Shown: positions 20,753 through 30,765, numbered from the stretch's first letter. The stretch: DNA of 64,000 nucleotides from Anaeromyxobacter sp. (GCA_049840735.1 JASGJN010000016.1:1-64000); one strand, 5' to 3'. Translations and numbers: made by a program. The notes: a model not told the origin generated them from the sequence alone.

Positions 20753-20972
20753 GGGAACCTCGTTGATCCGGCGGTAGGCGACGCGCCCGTTTCGGGTGCC
20801 GTCGTCGGTTTTAGCTTTGTGGGCCAATGTGGGGGAGGTCCCGGCAGGGGGGCCTGCCCTCATCCTCCCTGCGGGATCCCGTTCGAGCGGGCGGCTGGAC
20901 CGGGTCCGGTCGCCGCGGCGGGCACCAGGGGGCCCCGCCCCCGCGCAATGGGCGCGGGAACGGGCTTGGCAG

Positions 20973-21572
20973 CTACAGCTTCGGCTTCTCGATGCCGATG
21001 GCGAGCGACTCGACGTAGGTCGCGAGCAGCTTGTCGCCGACCTTCAGCTTGTCGAGCTGGACCTTCGGACCGGCGGCGACCTGGTAGCTGTTGCCGGCAG
21101 GGCCCTGGAAGGTCACCAGGCGCTTCTGCGTGTCGATGGCGGTGACCGTCACGGTGGACTGCACACCGCCCACCACGGCACCGGCCGGCGGCGCGGTGGC
21201 GCCGGCCTTGGCGCCCGCAGCCACCGCGGTGGGCTCCACGGTGGCAGAGCCCGGCGGCTGGTACTCGAGCAACAGGCCCTGCTCGGCCTCGACCACGATG
21301 GTGTCGCCGACGGCGATCTCGTCGAACCGCTTCACCTCGGGCGGCACGGCGAAGGACTCGGTGGCGCCGCCCTCGCCCTCGACCGTCATGTGCCGGGTGG
21401 CCTTGTCGATGGACTTCACCTTGACGGTGAGCTTGGCGTGGCGAGCCGCGGCGGCCTGGCCGACCACGCCGGTGTTCTCGACCATGGCGGGCGCGGCGGA
21501 GTCGGTCTGGGAGGAGCTGGTCGCGCAGGCCGCGGCGAGCGCGGCGGCGGAGAGGACGAGCGGGAAGCGCAC
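20973..21572 (-). CDS. Hypothetical lipoprotein with two similar beta-rich modules
   Basis: Signal peptide with LAAAC; VKSIDKATRHMTVEG and VTAIDTQKRLVTFQG repeats. Confidence 0.75.
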   Translation of the reverse strand: MRFPLVLSAAALAAACATSSSQTDSAAPAMVENTGVVGQAAAARHAKLTVKVKSIDKATRHMTVEGEGGATESFAVPPEVKRFDEIAVGDTIVVEAEQGLLLEYQPPGSATVEPTAVAAGAKAGATAPPAGAVVGGVQSTVTVTAIDTQKRLVTFQGPAGNSYQVAAGPKVQLDKLKVGDKLLATYVESLAIGIEKPKL

Positions 21573-21841
21573 GGGAAACTCCTGGCCTCTCGAGAGGCAA
21601 GTCGGGTGAGTGCGCGATGGTACGACAGGGCGCCCAGACCGGCGTTGGGACCAAGGTCCCATGCCGCAGCGCGCGAGAGGCGCCGGACCGGGGCGCCCTG
21701 GGAAAAGCCCGATCCGTGTCGGCGAGGCCTCGCCGAGGTGCCGGAGCGGTGAGCGGTGGACCGGGGGACGGGTGGAAGGCCTGGTCGGTCCAGGCCGAGG
21801 CCACCCCGGACCGGGCGGCCCTCCAGGTGCGCGCTGCCGGT

Positions 21842-22444
21842 TCACCGCTTGTCGTGGTCGCGCCGCAGTTGCTCCAGCGCGATCCGGACCTCTTCCTGGA
21901 TCGCCCGGCGGACGGCTGGATCGAGCCCCTGCGCCCCGCGCTCCGCGCCCGCGAGCGCGCGCTCACTCTCCGACACCCGGCGCAGCGTCTCCCTTTGCTG
22001 GCGCGTCTCCTCGCGCAGCTGCCGCCCCGCCTCGGAGTCGGCGCGCACGCGCTCGGTGCGCGCCCGCTGGGTCTCCGAGTGACGGCGCTGCTCCTCGGCC
22101 ACCATTCGAAGAAGCTCACCTGCTCCGCGGAGCTGCTCGGCGAGGACGCGATCCCTCTCCAGGGCCCGCACGAGGTCCTCCGCCTTCCGCGCGACCTCGT
22201 CGTGGAGGCGCCGGGCCTCCTCGGCTGCCTGCCGCGCCGCCTCGGCGTGCTGGGCGGCCCGCTCTGCCTGGACTCGCACGCTCTCGGCGGAGACCCTCTT
22301 CGATTCGGCGGCAATCCGCTGGCGCTCGGCTCCCTGACGCTTCCTTTCGGCCGCTTGGCCCCGCGATCTGGCTCGCCCGCTGTCGGCAACCGGGCGGCGC
22401 CGATCGGGCGGCGGCTTCTTTCTGGACGGACGTTCGGAACGCAT
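21842..22444 (-). CDS. Hypothetical coiled-coil protein
   Basis: Heptad-like AE/RQ repeats (AAERKRQGAERQRIAAESKRVSAESVRV); start codon uncertain. Confidence 0.5.
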   Translation of the reverse strand: MRSERPSRKKPPPDRRRPVADSGRARSRGQAAERKRQGAERQRIAAESKRVSAESVRVQAERAAQHAEAARQAAEEARRLHDEVARKAEDLVRALERDRVLAEQLRGAGELLRMVAEEQRRHSETQRARTERVRADSEAGRQLREETRQQRETLRRVSESERALAGAERGAQGLDPAVRRAIQEEVRIALEQLRRDHDKR

Positions 22445-22700
22445 TCCGCTCCAGACGGTATGGCATGCGCCTCGCGGAGCCCGCGCCCCCTCACGGGGCC
22501 ACTCGACCATCTGTGCGGGAGCTGCCAGCGACTCGCGTGCGACCGGGTCGCCGCCCTGCTCCAGCCTGACCGGGTGGACGCTCCGGCGCGCGTCGGAGCA
22601 GGCCGGCCGCCTTCTCCGAGCGCCTGGAAGCCGCTGAACGGCGTTCCCGTTCTGGGGTCGCAGCCCGCGCCTCTCGGACGAGCGGACCATGGCCAGACCG

Positions 22701-23228
22701 TCAGATCCAGGGCGTCTGCCGCACGAGCCGCCACGCCTGGTTTCGAGAGTCCCGCCTCGGCAGCAGCCGCGCAGGCGAGTTGGTGTCCTGGCCGGGCGCC
22801 GTGAGGTAGAGCTCGGAACCCCGCAGGCGGATGAGATAGGTCTCGTCGGGCTGCTTCAGGAACTCCCAGTGCTGTAGGCGGGTCCCCCCCATCGTCTGCT
22901 GCAGGAGGGCACCATCCGAGGCATCCAGGCTGCCGGGCTGGAACGCCTTCTGGGTGAACAGGTTCTTGACGAGGTAGGTGTCGCCCTCCAGCTGGATGAG
23001 CTGCCACGTCATGCACTCCCAGTCGTGGTGGTCGTAGAGGATGACGCCGGTCCCATCCTCGATGCCAGCGTCGAGCGGCCGCAGATCCTTGCCGCTCTGC
23101 ACGTTCTGGATGGCGTAGGTGTTCTGGTAGGCGAGCTTCTTCCGGATGTCCTTCCAGTGCCGTGCGCCGATGGGGACCGCCAGGACCACCAGCAGGACAG
23201 CCAGGACACCAAGGATGATCTTCTTCAT
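22701..23228 (-). CDS. Exported ricin-B (beta-trefoil) lectin-domain protein
   Basis: N-terminal hydrophobic signal; YAIQNVQSGKDL and QxW-type repeats (MTW, QHW, QAW). Confidence 0.8.
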   Translation of the reverse strand: MKKIILGVLAVLLVVLAVPIGARHWKDIRKKLAYQNTYAIQNVQSGKDLRPLDAGIEDGTGVILYDHHDWECMTWQLIQLEGDTYLVKNLFTQKAFQPGSLDASDGALLQQTMGGTRLQHWEFLKQPDETYLIRLRGSELYLTAPGQDTNSPARLLPRRDSRNQAWRLVRQTPWI

Positions 23229-23249
23229 GAGGATCTCCGTCCGGCGCTT

Positions 23250-24128
23250 TCAGCGCGCCGACCGCGCAACGGCCTCGGCGCAGAGCCGCTCGCTCAGCGC
23301 CCAGAGGTCCGCCGCGAGCTTCGGGTCCAGCGCCTGCCTCTGCGGCGTGACCGGCCGCCGCTTCGAGACGTACTCGCCCTGGAGCGACGCCGCCTCCGGC
23401 GAGGTCGCGAGCCAGATGAGCGAGTCGGCGCCCTGCTCCGGCGTGACCGAGAAGGGCTTCGCGAGGGCGTAGACGAGGTTCAGCAGGAGTCCCTGGTCGG
23501 ATCCGAACCCGCCGAACCGGGTGCGGACCATGCCGGGCTCGAAGCAGTTTGCCGACACGCCGGTGCCGCCGAGCCGGCGCTGGAGCTCCTTCGTGAAGAG
23601 GATGTTGGCGAGCTTCGAGGTCGCGTAGGCGTTCGGTCCCGACCCCTCCAGCGACGTCGGCGTCCTCGCGAGATCCAGCTTCCCGCGCGCCTGCATCGAG
23701 CTCGAGGTCGAGACGACGCGCGCGCCGGGCGTCTTCCGGAGCAGGTCGAGCAGGGACGTCGTGAGCTGGAAGTACGCGAGGTGGTTGAGGGCGAACGTCA
23801 GCTCGTACCCGTCGGGCCCCATGGTCGGCTTCTTGAAGGTGGCGCCGGCGTTATTCACGAGGACGTCGAGCCTGTCGTGGCTGGCCCTGAACTCCTCGGC
23901 GGCGCGCTTCACGTCGGCCATCCGCGAGAGGTCGCAGAGCAGGAGTTCGATGTTCGGGTTCCCGCTCCCGGCCTTCAGCTCCGCGAGCACCTGCTCGGTC
24001 TTCTGCCTGTTGCGGCCGACGATGGTCAGCGTCGCGCCGCGCCTCGCGAACCCGGTGGCGGCCGCCTTGCCGATGCCGTCCGTCGCGCCCGTGACGAGAA
24101 ACACCTTTCCTGCCAGGTCCTGTGCCAT
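23250..24128 (-). CDS. SDR oxidoreductase (retinol-dehydrogenase-like)
   Basis: TGATDGIG, LVNNAG and YATSK motifs. Confidence 0.92.
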   Translation of the reverse strand: MAQDLAGKVFLVTGATDGIGKAAATGFARRGATLTIVGRNRQKTEQVLAELKAGSGNPNIELLLCDLSRMADVKRAAEEFRASHDRLDVLVNNAGATFKKPTMGPDGYELTFALNHLAYFQLTTSLLDLLRKTPGARVVSTSSSMQARGKLDLARTPTSLEGSGPNAYATSKLANILFTKELQRRLGGTGVSANCFEPGMVRTRFGGFGSDQGLLLNLVYALAKPFSVTPEQGADSLIWLATSPEAASLQGEYVSKRRPVTPQRQALDPKLAADLWALSERLCAEAVARSAR

Positions 24129-24172
24129 GTGCGGTTCCATTCGTCGAGGGGCTGCGGCCGCCGTCCAGACGG

Positions 24173-24838
24173 TCAGCGGGCGCCGACCCGGTTGATGTCG
24201 GCAGACTCCAGGATGAACCGGTCCGCGCGCCCTTCGACCACGCGGAGCATGGCGCGGCCGAGGAGCTCGGACGTGGTGAACAGGAACGGGAACGCGCGCA
24301 CGAGGAGCGGCGTGAACAGGAACAGCGGCCTCAGCAGGACGATCCCGACCTGGTAACCCCGCGTGCGACTCCGGATGCCGGGGCCGGGCCGGATGAAGCC
24401 GGGCCGCACCGCGCCGGCGTGGCGGAACGGCATCGCCCGGAGCGCGCCTTCGACGCGCTGGCGCACGCGCGCCCACATCGACCGGCCGCCTGCGCCGCCG
24501 GCGGAGCAGTAGCAGAAGGAGAGCCCCGGGTTCAGGCGCAGGAGCGCTTGAGCCCACGTGAGGGTCAGCTCCTCCGTCACCCGGGCGTAGGCCGCCTCGT
24601 CGAGCCCGACGGAGCTCACGCCCACCGCCCAGATGCAGGCGTCGTAGCCGACAAGCTGGTCCTCGACCGCCGCGAGGTCGAACAGGTCCGGCAGGAGCAG
24701 CTCCCGGAGCTTCGGGTGCGAGACGCCGCCCGGGCGCCGGCCGATGGACAGCACGGCCTCGACCTCCGGCGCCGCGAGCGCCTCGCGCAGCGCGCCGGTC
24801 CCGACCATGCCCGAGGCGCCGAGGAGGATGAGCTTCAT
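24173..24838 (-). CDS. NAD(P)-binding epimerase-like atypical SDR
   Basis: MKLILLGASGMVG Rossmann start and RPGFI motif; ATGA overlap with tetR. Confidence 0.85.
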   Translation of the reverse strand: MKLILLGASGMVGTGALREALAAPEVEAVLSIGRRPGGVSHPKLRELLLPDLFDLAAVEDQLVGYDACIWAVGVSSVGLDEAAYARVTEELTLTWAQALLRLNPGLSFCYCSAGGAGGRSMWARVRQRVEGALRAMPFRHAGAVRPGFIRPGPGIRSRTRGYQVGIVLLRPLFLFTPLLVRAFPFLFTTSELLGRAMLRVVEGRADRFILESADINRVGAR

Positions 24839-25407
24839 CGGCGCGACCCTCCACGGCCGGAGGCCTTCGACGGCACGAACCGCTCCGCGAGGACGCGGAG
24901 GCGACGCTCGAGCACCTGCACCTTGGGCTGGTCTCCCAGAAGACCGTCCAGGGCGAGCAGGAAGACCTCTGCGTGCGCCTGGCTGCCCAGGATCGCCTCC
25001 ACGCACTGCAGCGCCACCTTGCGATGGCGAGCGTCGATCCCGGGGTCGATCCGCGCGCAGACGTCGAAGAACTCGGACCCCATCGGCGCGGCGGACATGT
25101 CGGACCAGGGCTCGAGCACCATGACCCGGCACACCGTCAGCAGGCGCTCCAGGGGATCCCCCTGCCCGTTCGCGGCCTCCTGCGCCTCCGGGTGCCGCGC
25201 CACGAGCCAGTGCGCGAACACGGCCGTGAAGATGTCTTCCTTGTCCTTGAAGGTCCGGTAGAGCAGCGTGCGCGAGATCCCTGCGCGCTTCGCGATGTCC
25301 TCGAGGGACGTCTTCGAGAAGCCGAAGTTGAGGAAGCACCAGCGCGCGGCCTGCAAGACCTTCGACCGGCGCTCGGCGGCATCCTGTTCGGTGAGCGCGA
25401 CGGGCAT
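24835..25407 (-). CDS. TetR/AcrR family regulator
   Basis: GFSKTSLEDIAKRAGISRTLLYRTFKDKEDIF helix-turn-helix. Confidence 0.93.
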   Translation of the reverse strand: MPVALTEQDAAERRSKVLQAARWCFLNFGFSKTSLEDIAKRAGISRTLLYRTFKDKEDIFTAVFAHWLVARHPEAQEAANGQGDPLERLLTVCRVMVLEPWSDMSAAPMGSEFFDVCARIDPGIDARHRKVALQCVEAILGSQAHAEVFLLALDGLLGDQPKVQVLERRLRVLAERFVPSKASGRGGSRR

Positions 25408-25470
25408 GCAGTGCTCCTTGCGCCAGGCCCGGGTCGAGGCGGGGTGACCCCGCGGCCGGCATCTGGCGAC

Positions 25471-25499
25471 ATCGTGACAACTTGCACGCCGCATGTCAA
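25471..25499 (-). promoter_or_regulatory. Sigma70 promoter of the tetR operon with an overlapping inverted-repeat operator
   Basis: Minus strand reads TTGACA-N17-CACGAT; dyad TGACA-N14-TGTCA at 25475-25498. Confidence 0.65.
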
Positions 25500-25682
25500 C
25501 ACGTGTCGACGCGAAAGGGAGAGGGCGCCCCGGTCCTCCACGAGGAGGGCCTGATGCCCGGGACCGCGCCCGGACGAACGTGTAGGTGCCCCGCCGGCGC
25601 CCTCGGCGGGGCCGTCAAAGGACGGACGGAGCTGCTCCCGGTCAGGCGCAGCTCCGCTCGTACGATTGCCCTGGGCCGGAAG

Positions 25683-26897
25683 CTAGAACGCGTGCACGAA
25701 CAGCCCCGACCGCAGCTTCGGCTCGAACCAGGTGCTCTTGGGCGGCATGAGCTTGCCGGCGTCGGAGACCGAGATGAGCTGGTCGATCCGCGTCGGGTGG
25801 AGGTGGATGGCGAGCGACCAGCCCTCCTCGTTCACGCGCTTCTCCAGCTCGGCCGCGCCGCGGATGCCGCCGACGAAGTCCACGTCCTTGGAGGTGCGCG
25901 GGTCCAGGATGCCGAACAGCGGCGCCAGGAGCTGGTCCTGCACGATGGAGCAGTCGAGCGCGGCCACCGGATCGTTCGCCTGGTAGCTGCCCGGGCGCGC
26001 CTTGGCCTTCCACCAGCGGCCGCCCAGGTAGAGCCCGAAGGCCAGCGAGGAGCCGGGCTGCGGCTGCGCGGCGGGCTCGAGGTCCATCACCTCGCCGATG
26101 GCGGCCAGCAGCTGCTCGGGCGAGCGGCGGCGCGGGTCGCGCACCAGCCGGTTGTAGGCCAGGATCTGCATCTGGTCGTGCGGGAAGACCACCGCCAGGA
26201 AGGCGCCGTGATCGCCCGGCTGGCCGCGCCGCGCGGCGTGGACGCGGCTGGCGGCGGCGGAGCGGTGGTGGCCGTCGGCCACGTAGAGCGCCGGCACGGC
26301 GCGGAAGAGCGCGGCGATGGCCTCGCCGGCGGCGGCCGGAACCACCCAGAGCTGGTGACCGACGCCGTCGGGCGTAACCAGGTCGTACTCCGGCGGCGCG
26401 GCCTTCACCGCCTCGACGGCGCGGTCGATCTCCGCCACCGCGCGGTAGGTCAGGAACACCGGCTCGTCGTGGGCCGAGAGGACGTCGATGTGCCGGACCC
26501 GGTCGTCCTCCTTGTCGGCCCGCGTCTTCTCGTGCTTCTTGATGACGTCGCGGTCGTACTCGTCCACCGAGGCGCAGGCCACCAGGCCGGTCTGGCGGTG
26601 GTCCCCCATCTTCTGCGCGTAGACGTAGAGGCGCGGCTCGGGGTCGGCGCGCAGCACGCCGCGCGCGATCAGCTCCTCGAGGTTCTTGCGGCCCTGCTGG
26701 TAGACCGGCTCGGTGTGCTCGTCCACGCCCTCCGCCAGGTCGATCTCCGGGCGCGAGACGCGCAGGAAGGAGTCCGCGTTCCCGGCCGCGAGCGCGCGGG
26801 CCTCGCGCGTGTTGATGACGTCGTAGGGCGGCGAGGCCACGCGGGCGGCGATGGCGGCAGGCGGGCGGAGCGCGCGGAACGGGGAGAGCGTGGCCAT
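25683..26897 (-). CDS. DUF1015 family protein
   Basis: PFRALRP, ASPPYDVI, IKKHEKT, LYVADGHHR and MPPKSTWFEPKLRSGL motifs. Confidence 0.92.
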   Translation of the reverse strand: MATLSPFRALRPPAAIAARVASPPYDVINTREARALAAGNADSFLRVSRPEIDLAEGVDEHTEPVYQQGRKNLEELIARGVLRADPEPRLYVYAQKMGDHRQTGLVACASVDEYDRDVIKKHEKTRADKEDDRVRHIDVLSAHDEPVFLTYRAVAEIDRAVEAVKAAPPEYDLVTPDGVGHQLWVVPAAAGEAIAALFRAVPALYVADGHHRSAAASRVHAARRGQPGDHGAFLAVVFPHDQMQILAYNRLVRDPRRRSPEQLLAAIGEVMDLEPAAQPQPGSSLAFGLYLGGRWWKAKARPGSYQANDPVAALDCSIVQDQLLAPLFGILDPRTSKDVDFVGGIRGAAELEKRVNEEGWSLAIHLHPTRIDQLISVSDAGKLMPPKSTWFEPKLRSGLFVHAF

Positions 26898-27105
26898 GTG
26901 CGTCGTGTCCTCTCGAGGGCGGGGGTGGGGTGTCTTAGCAGATGGCCCCCTGCGCCGCGCAAGAAATGCAGCCGCAGACATGCCCCGCGCGTCCCTTGCA
27001 CAGGGGACAAGCCATCACCGGCGCCCTGCCCTCCCCCGTCCTCTCGGTAGTCGGCCGCAAACTGCGCGGCATTTCCATGGCGCGCCGCACCCGTTCGGGA
27101 GGGAC

Positions 27106-27121
27106 GGGCACGGCCGTTGCT
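27106..27121 (+). promoter_or_regulatory. Sigma54 (-24/-12) promoter upstream of the large multiheme cytochrome
   Basis: GGGCAC-GGCCG-TTGCT with exact GG-N10-GC spacing, about 80 bp before the ATG. Confidence 0.6.
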
Positions 27122-27199
27122 CAAGGCCTCAGCCTCGACCGCTGGACACCGCCGCGGACGGCGGGAGCACACCTCCACCCCTGCTCCGCCGGAGCCTCC

Positions 27200-29209
27200 A
27201 TGTCCTCCATCCGCCGCCTGGCCCTCCCTGCCGCGATCCTGGCCCTCCTGGCCGGCTGCGACCAGGCCCGCCCGATCGCCGGGGTGGACCCGGCCGATCC
27301 AGGCGGCGTGAGCGCGCGCTGCACCTCCTGCCACGGCGACGCCAGCCGCGACGAGGTCGAGCTGCTCGTAAAGGCCGCGCCACCGGCGACGGTGAGCGGG
27401 GCCAGCGCGGGCGCCCACCTGGCGCACCTGCACGGCGGCACCTTCCGCAACGCCCTGGCCTGCGCCGACTGCCACGTGGTCCCCCAGTCCACCGGACACG
27501 CCGACGGCGCCATCGAGGTCCGCTTCGGCGCGCTGGCCAAGGCCGGCGACACCACGCCAAGCTGGAGCGGCGACACCTGCACCGTCTACTGCCACGGCGC
27601 CACGCTGGGCGCGAGCGGCGCCAGCACCACGCCGCGCTGGGACGGCGGCGCGCTCGACTGCGGCAGCTGCCACGGGGCGCCGCCGCCCTCGCACGATCCC
27701 GCCTCCACCCGCTGCGCCACCTGCCACCCCGGCACGGTCAAGGCGGACGGCACCATCGACCTCGCCAATGGGATGCACATCGACGGCAAGCTGGAGGTGA
27801 GCAGCCAGCACCCGGACGGCTGGGCCAATCCCGCCCAGCACGGGCCGGCCGCCAAGCAGGATCTCCCCGGCTGCCAGGCCTGCCACGGCGCCGACCTCGA
27901 CGGCGGCACCAGCGGCGTCTCCTGCAACGCCTGCCACGGCGGCACCGCCTGGCAGTCCAACTGCACCTTCTGCCACGGCGCCAAGCTCGCCACCTACACC
28001 GCCGGCGATCTGGCGAAGGCCGCGCCGCCCCGCGGCGCCGGCGGCGAGACCGACGGCAGCGCGCGCGCGGTGGGCGCCCACCAGGCCCACCTCGTGGCGG
28101 GCGTGCTCTCGCGGGCAGTCGCGTGCGCCGAGTGCCACGCCAGCGTGCCCACCAGCCTGGCCCACGTGGACGGGGCCACCACGCTGTCCTGGGGCACGCT
28201 GGCCCGCGGCGGCGGCGCGGCGCCCAGCTGGAACGGCACCTCCTGCGCCAACTACTGCCACGGCGCCACGCTCGGCGCCGGCGGCACGAACCACGCGCCC
28301 GCCTGGACCGGCGGCGCCGCCCAGGCCGCCTGCGGCACCTGCCACGGCGCGCCGCCTCCTGCGCCGCACGCGCAGGACACCAGCTGCGGCAGCTGCCACA
28401 CCGGCTACACCGCGACCAGCGTCAACGCGGCCACGCACATCGACGGCCACCTCGACGTGAGCGCGCTCTCCTGCACCTCCTGCCACGGCGACGCCACCCG
28501 CACCAGCAACCCGGCCGCCCCGCCGCGCGGCACGCACGGGGAGACCGCCACCACCGCCCGCGCCGTCGGCGCCCACCAGGCGCACCTCGCCGGCAACGCC
28601 ATCGCCAGGGCCGTGGCCTGCACCGAGTGCCACGCCGTCCCCAGCTCCCCCAGCCACTCCAGCGGCGCGGTGGACATGTCCTGGGGCACGCTGGCCCGCG
28701 GCGGCGGCGTGGCGCCAAGCTGGAACGGCACCACCTGCGCCAACTACTGCCACGGCGCCACGCTCGGCGCCGGCGGCACGAACCACGCGCCCGCCTGGAC
28801 CGGCGGCGCCGCCCAGGCCGCCTGCGGCACCTGCCACGGCGCGCCGCCCCCGGCGCCGCACGTCTGCAAGACGGCGTCGTGGTCCTGGTGCAACAGCCGG
28901 ACGGACTGCGGCACCTGCCACGCCGGCTACACCGGCAGCACCACCAACCTGACCACGCACGTGGACGGGGCGCTCCAGTCCGCGACCACCTGCCAGGGCT
29001 GCCACGCCACCGCCGCGCTCACCAGCCGCCACCGGCGGAGCGAGCATGTGTCCCGCTCCTGCGGCGACTGCCACCCGGGCTACACCGCCAGTGCGGTGAA
29101 CGCGACCACGCACCGCGACGGCACCGCCGAGGTCGGCAACCGGATCACGAGCTTCAACACCGCCACCCGTACCTGCACCAGCAGCTGTCACGGCTCCGAG
29201 ACCTGGTGA
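27200..29209 (+). CDS. Multiheme c-type cytochrome lipoprotein (~20 heme motifs)
   Basis: Lipobox LAGC; I count 16 CxxCH and 4 CxxxCH motifs in repeated modules. Confidence 0.92.
   Translation: MSSIRRLALPAAILALLAGCDQARPIAGVDPADPGGVSARCTSCHGDASRDEVELLVKAAPPATVSGASAGAHLAHLHGGTFRNALACADCHVVPQSTGHADGAIEVRFGALAKAGDTTPSWSGDTCTVYCHGATLGASGASTTPRWDGGALDCGSCHGAPPPSHDPASTRCATCHPGTVKADGTIDLANGMHIDGKLEVSSQHPDGWANPAQHGPAAKQDLPGCQACHGADLDGGTSGVSCNACHGGTAWQSNCTFCHGAKLATYTAGDLAKAAPPRGAGGETDGSARAVGAHQAHLVAGVLSRAVACAECHASVPTSLAHVDGATTLSWGTLARGGGAAPSWNGTSCANYCHGATLGAGGTNHAPAWTGGAAQAACGTCHGAPPPAPHAQDTSCGSCHTGYTATSVNAATHIDGHLDVSALSCTSCHGDATRTSNPAAPPRGTHGETATTARAVGAHQAHLAGNAIARAVACTECHAVPSSPSHSSGAVDMSWGTLARGGGVAPSWNGTTCANYCHGATLGAGGTNHAPAWTGGAAQAACGTCHGAPPPAPHVCKTASWSWCNSRTDCGTCHAGYTGSTTNLTTHVDGALQSATTCQGCHATAALTSRHRRSEHVSRSCGDCHPGYTASAVNATTHRDGTAEVGNRITSFNTATRTCTSSCHGSETW
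28185..28862 (+). repeat. Near-identical 186-bp internal direct repeat (28185-28370 and 28677-28862) within the cytochrome gene
   Basis: Both copies encode SWGTLARGGG.APSWNGT.CANYCHGATLGAGGTNHAPAWTGGAAQAACGTCHGAPPPAPH, with about 5 nucleotide differences and an offset of 492 bp. Confidence 0.9.
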
Positions 29210-29364
29210 GCCGGCGGCCCCTGTCCGCCGCGGGGGCGCTGCGGCCCAGCGCTTCGCGCGCGGCCGGTGCAGGCCTCCCGGCCCCCAAGCGGCCCATTTG
29301 AGGCCCTTCGTGGCCCGACCTGTGGGCTCAGGTAGGATGCATTCCCGCGACGATCAGTGCCCCT

Positions 29365-29382
29365 GCTTGAGATTGATCAAGC
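29365..29382 (+). promoter_or_regulatory. FNR/CRP-family binding site
   Basis: GCTTGAGATTGATCAAGC contains TTGAG-N4-ATCAA; a CAAACT -10-like hexamer at 29403-29408 fits class II spacing. Confidence 0.6.
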
Positions 29383-29468
29383 TTTCCCTCCTCGGATGGC
29401 GGCAAACTCGCGCACGAATCGCCCCACGTATCGGGCGGGTGGCTCTTCTGATGGCCGAGGAACTTCGA

Positions 29469-30602
29469 ATGATCCGCAATCTGAGCTGGGCGGTGCTGGG
29501 CGTGCTGGCGGTCGCAACCTTCGGGGGCTGCGACTCCGCGCGCGAGGTTCCGGTCTCGAGCAGCGTCCAGGAGTCGTGCACGCGCTGCCACGGCTACCCG
29601 CCGTCGGCCGCGACCGGCAACCCTGGGCACCCGCAGAACACGAGCTGCTCGGCCTGCCATCCGACGTCGGTCGAGGGCGACAACCAGACCATCGTCGCCG
29701 GCGGCACGCACGCCAACGGCCACGTGGACGTGTTCCAGCACCCGGCCGGCTTCGCCCAGGCCAGCCAGCACGGCCCGGCCGCGCTGCAGTGGCTCGCGGG
29801 CAGCGCCGAGGTCCCGCAGTGCGCCTCCTGCCACGGCGAGAACCTCGACGGCGGCGGCGCGCAGGTGGACTGCGGCGCCTGCCACTCGGCCCCGCACAGC
29901 GGCCGCTTCCCCAACGGCGCGCAGGCCTGGTCGGAGAACTGCACCTTCTGCCACGGCCAGCCGCAGGCGGCGTTCGACTACGAGACGCAGCTCCCCTTCG
30001 CCTCGCCCCCGGTGGCGGTGAGCCAGGCCGCCGAGGATCCGGCCATCGGCGCGCACCACAGCCACGTCTTCGGCGGCCCGCTCGCCGACGCGCAGGCCTG
30101 CGCCAGCTGCCACTCGGTCCCGCCGGCCGCCTACCCGGCCTCGCTCGACCACGTGGACGGCTCCGCCGTGCCGGTGCTGGGCGGCCTGGCCGCCGCGCAG
30201 GGCGTGACGCCCAGCTTCGACGCCGGCTCGGCCACCTGCACCACCTACTGCCACGGCAAGAGCCTCACCGCCGACAGCGCCACCTCCACGGTGGTCTTCG
30301 CCGCCGGCACCTCGCCGGCCTGGTCCGACACCGCCGGCCTGACCTGCGCCGGCTGCCACGGCGCGGTGCCCAGCTCCGGCCTGCACGCCTTCCACGTGAC
30401 CAGCCGTCACCAGGACTGCGGCACCTGCCACCAGGGCTACGAGCAGGACCAGCGGATCGTGAAGGCGCTGCACGTCAACGGCAACGCCGACGTGGTCACC
30501 GCCGACGGCCACGTCATCCCCTCCGAGAACAACGCCGACCGGCACTGGGGCGAGGCGCAGTGCGCCGACTGCCACACGCACCTCGGCATCCCGGTCCCGT
30601 AG
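29469..30602 (+). CDS. Multiheme c-type cytochrome lipoprotein (~10 heme motifs)
   Basis: Lipobox FGGC; 9 CxxCH and 1 CxxxCH motifs; modules resemble those of the upstream cytochrome. Confidence 0.9.
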   Translation: MIRNLSWAVLGVLAVATFGGCDSAREVPVSSSVQESCTRCHGYPPSAATGNPGHPQNTSCSACHPTSVEGDNQTIVAGGTHANGHVDVFQHPAGFAQASQHGPAALQWLAGSAEVPQCASCHGENLDGGGAQVDCGACHSAPHSGRFPNGAQAWSENCTFCHGQPQAAFDYETQLPFASPPVAVSQAAEDPAIGAHHSHVFGGPLADAQACASCHSVPPAAYPASLDHVDGSAVPVLGGLAAAQGVTPSFDAGSATCTTYCHGKSLTADSATSTVVFAAGTSPAWSDTAGLTCAGCHGAVPSSGLHAFHVTSRHQDCGTCHQGYEQDQRIVKALHVNGNADVVTADGHVIPSENNADRHWGEAQCADCHTHLGIPVP

Positions 30603-30765
30603 CCCAGGCTGCGCGTCTCACCCGGAGCCCGCCCGCCGGCCTCGCGCCGGCCGGCGGGTTCCGCCGTTTCGGGCCTGGCCGGAGACCTGGGCGGCCTGGG
30701 CCTGCTCCGGGCCCGCCCGCCGATTCCCGTTGCGCCCGGTGGGCCACCCTGACACCTTCGCGCCC

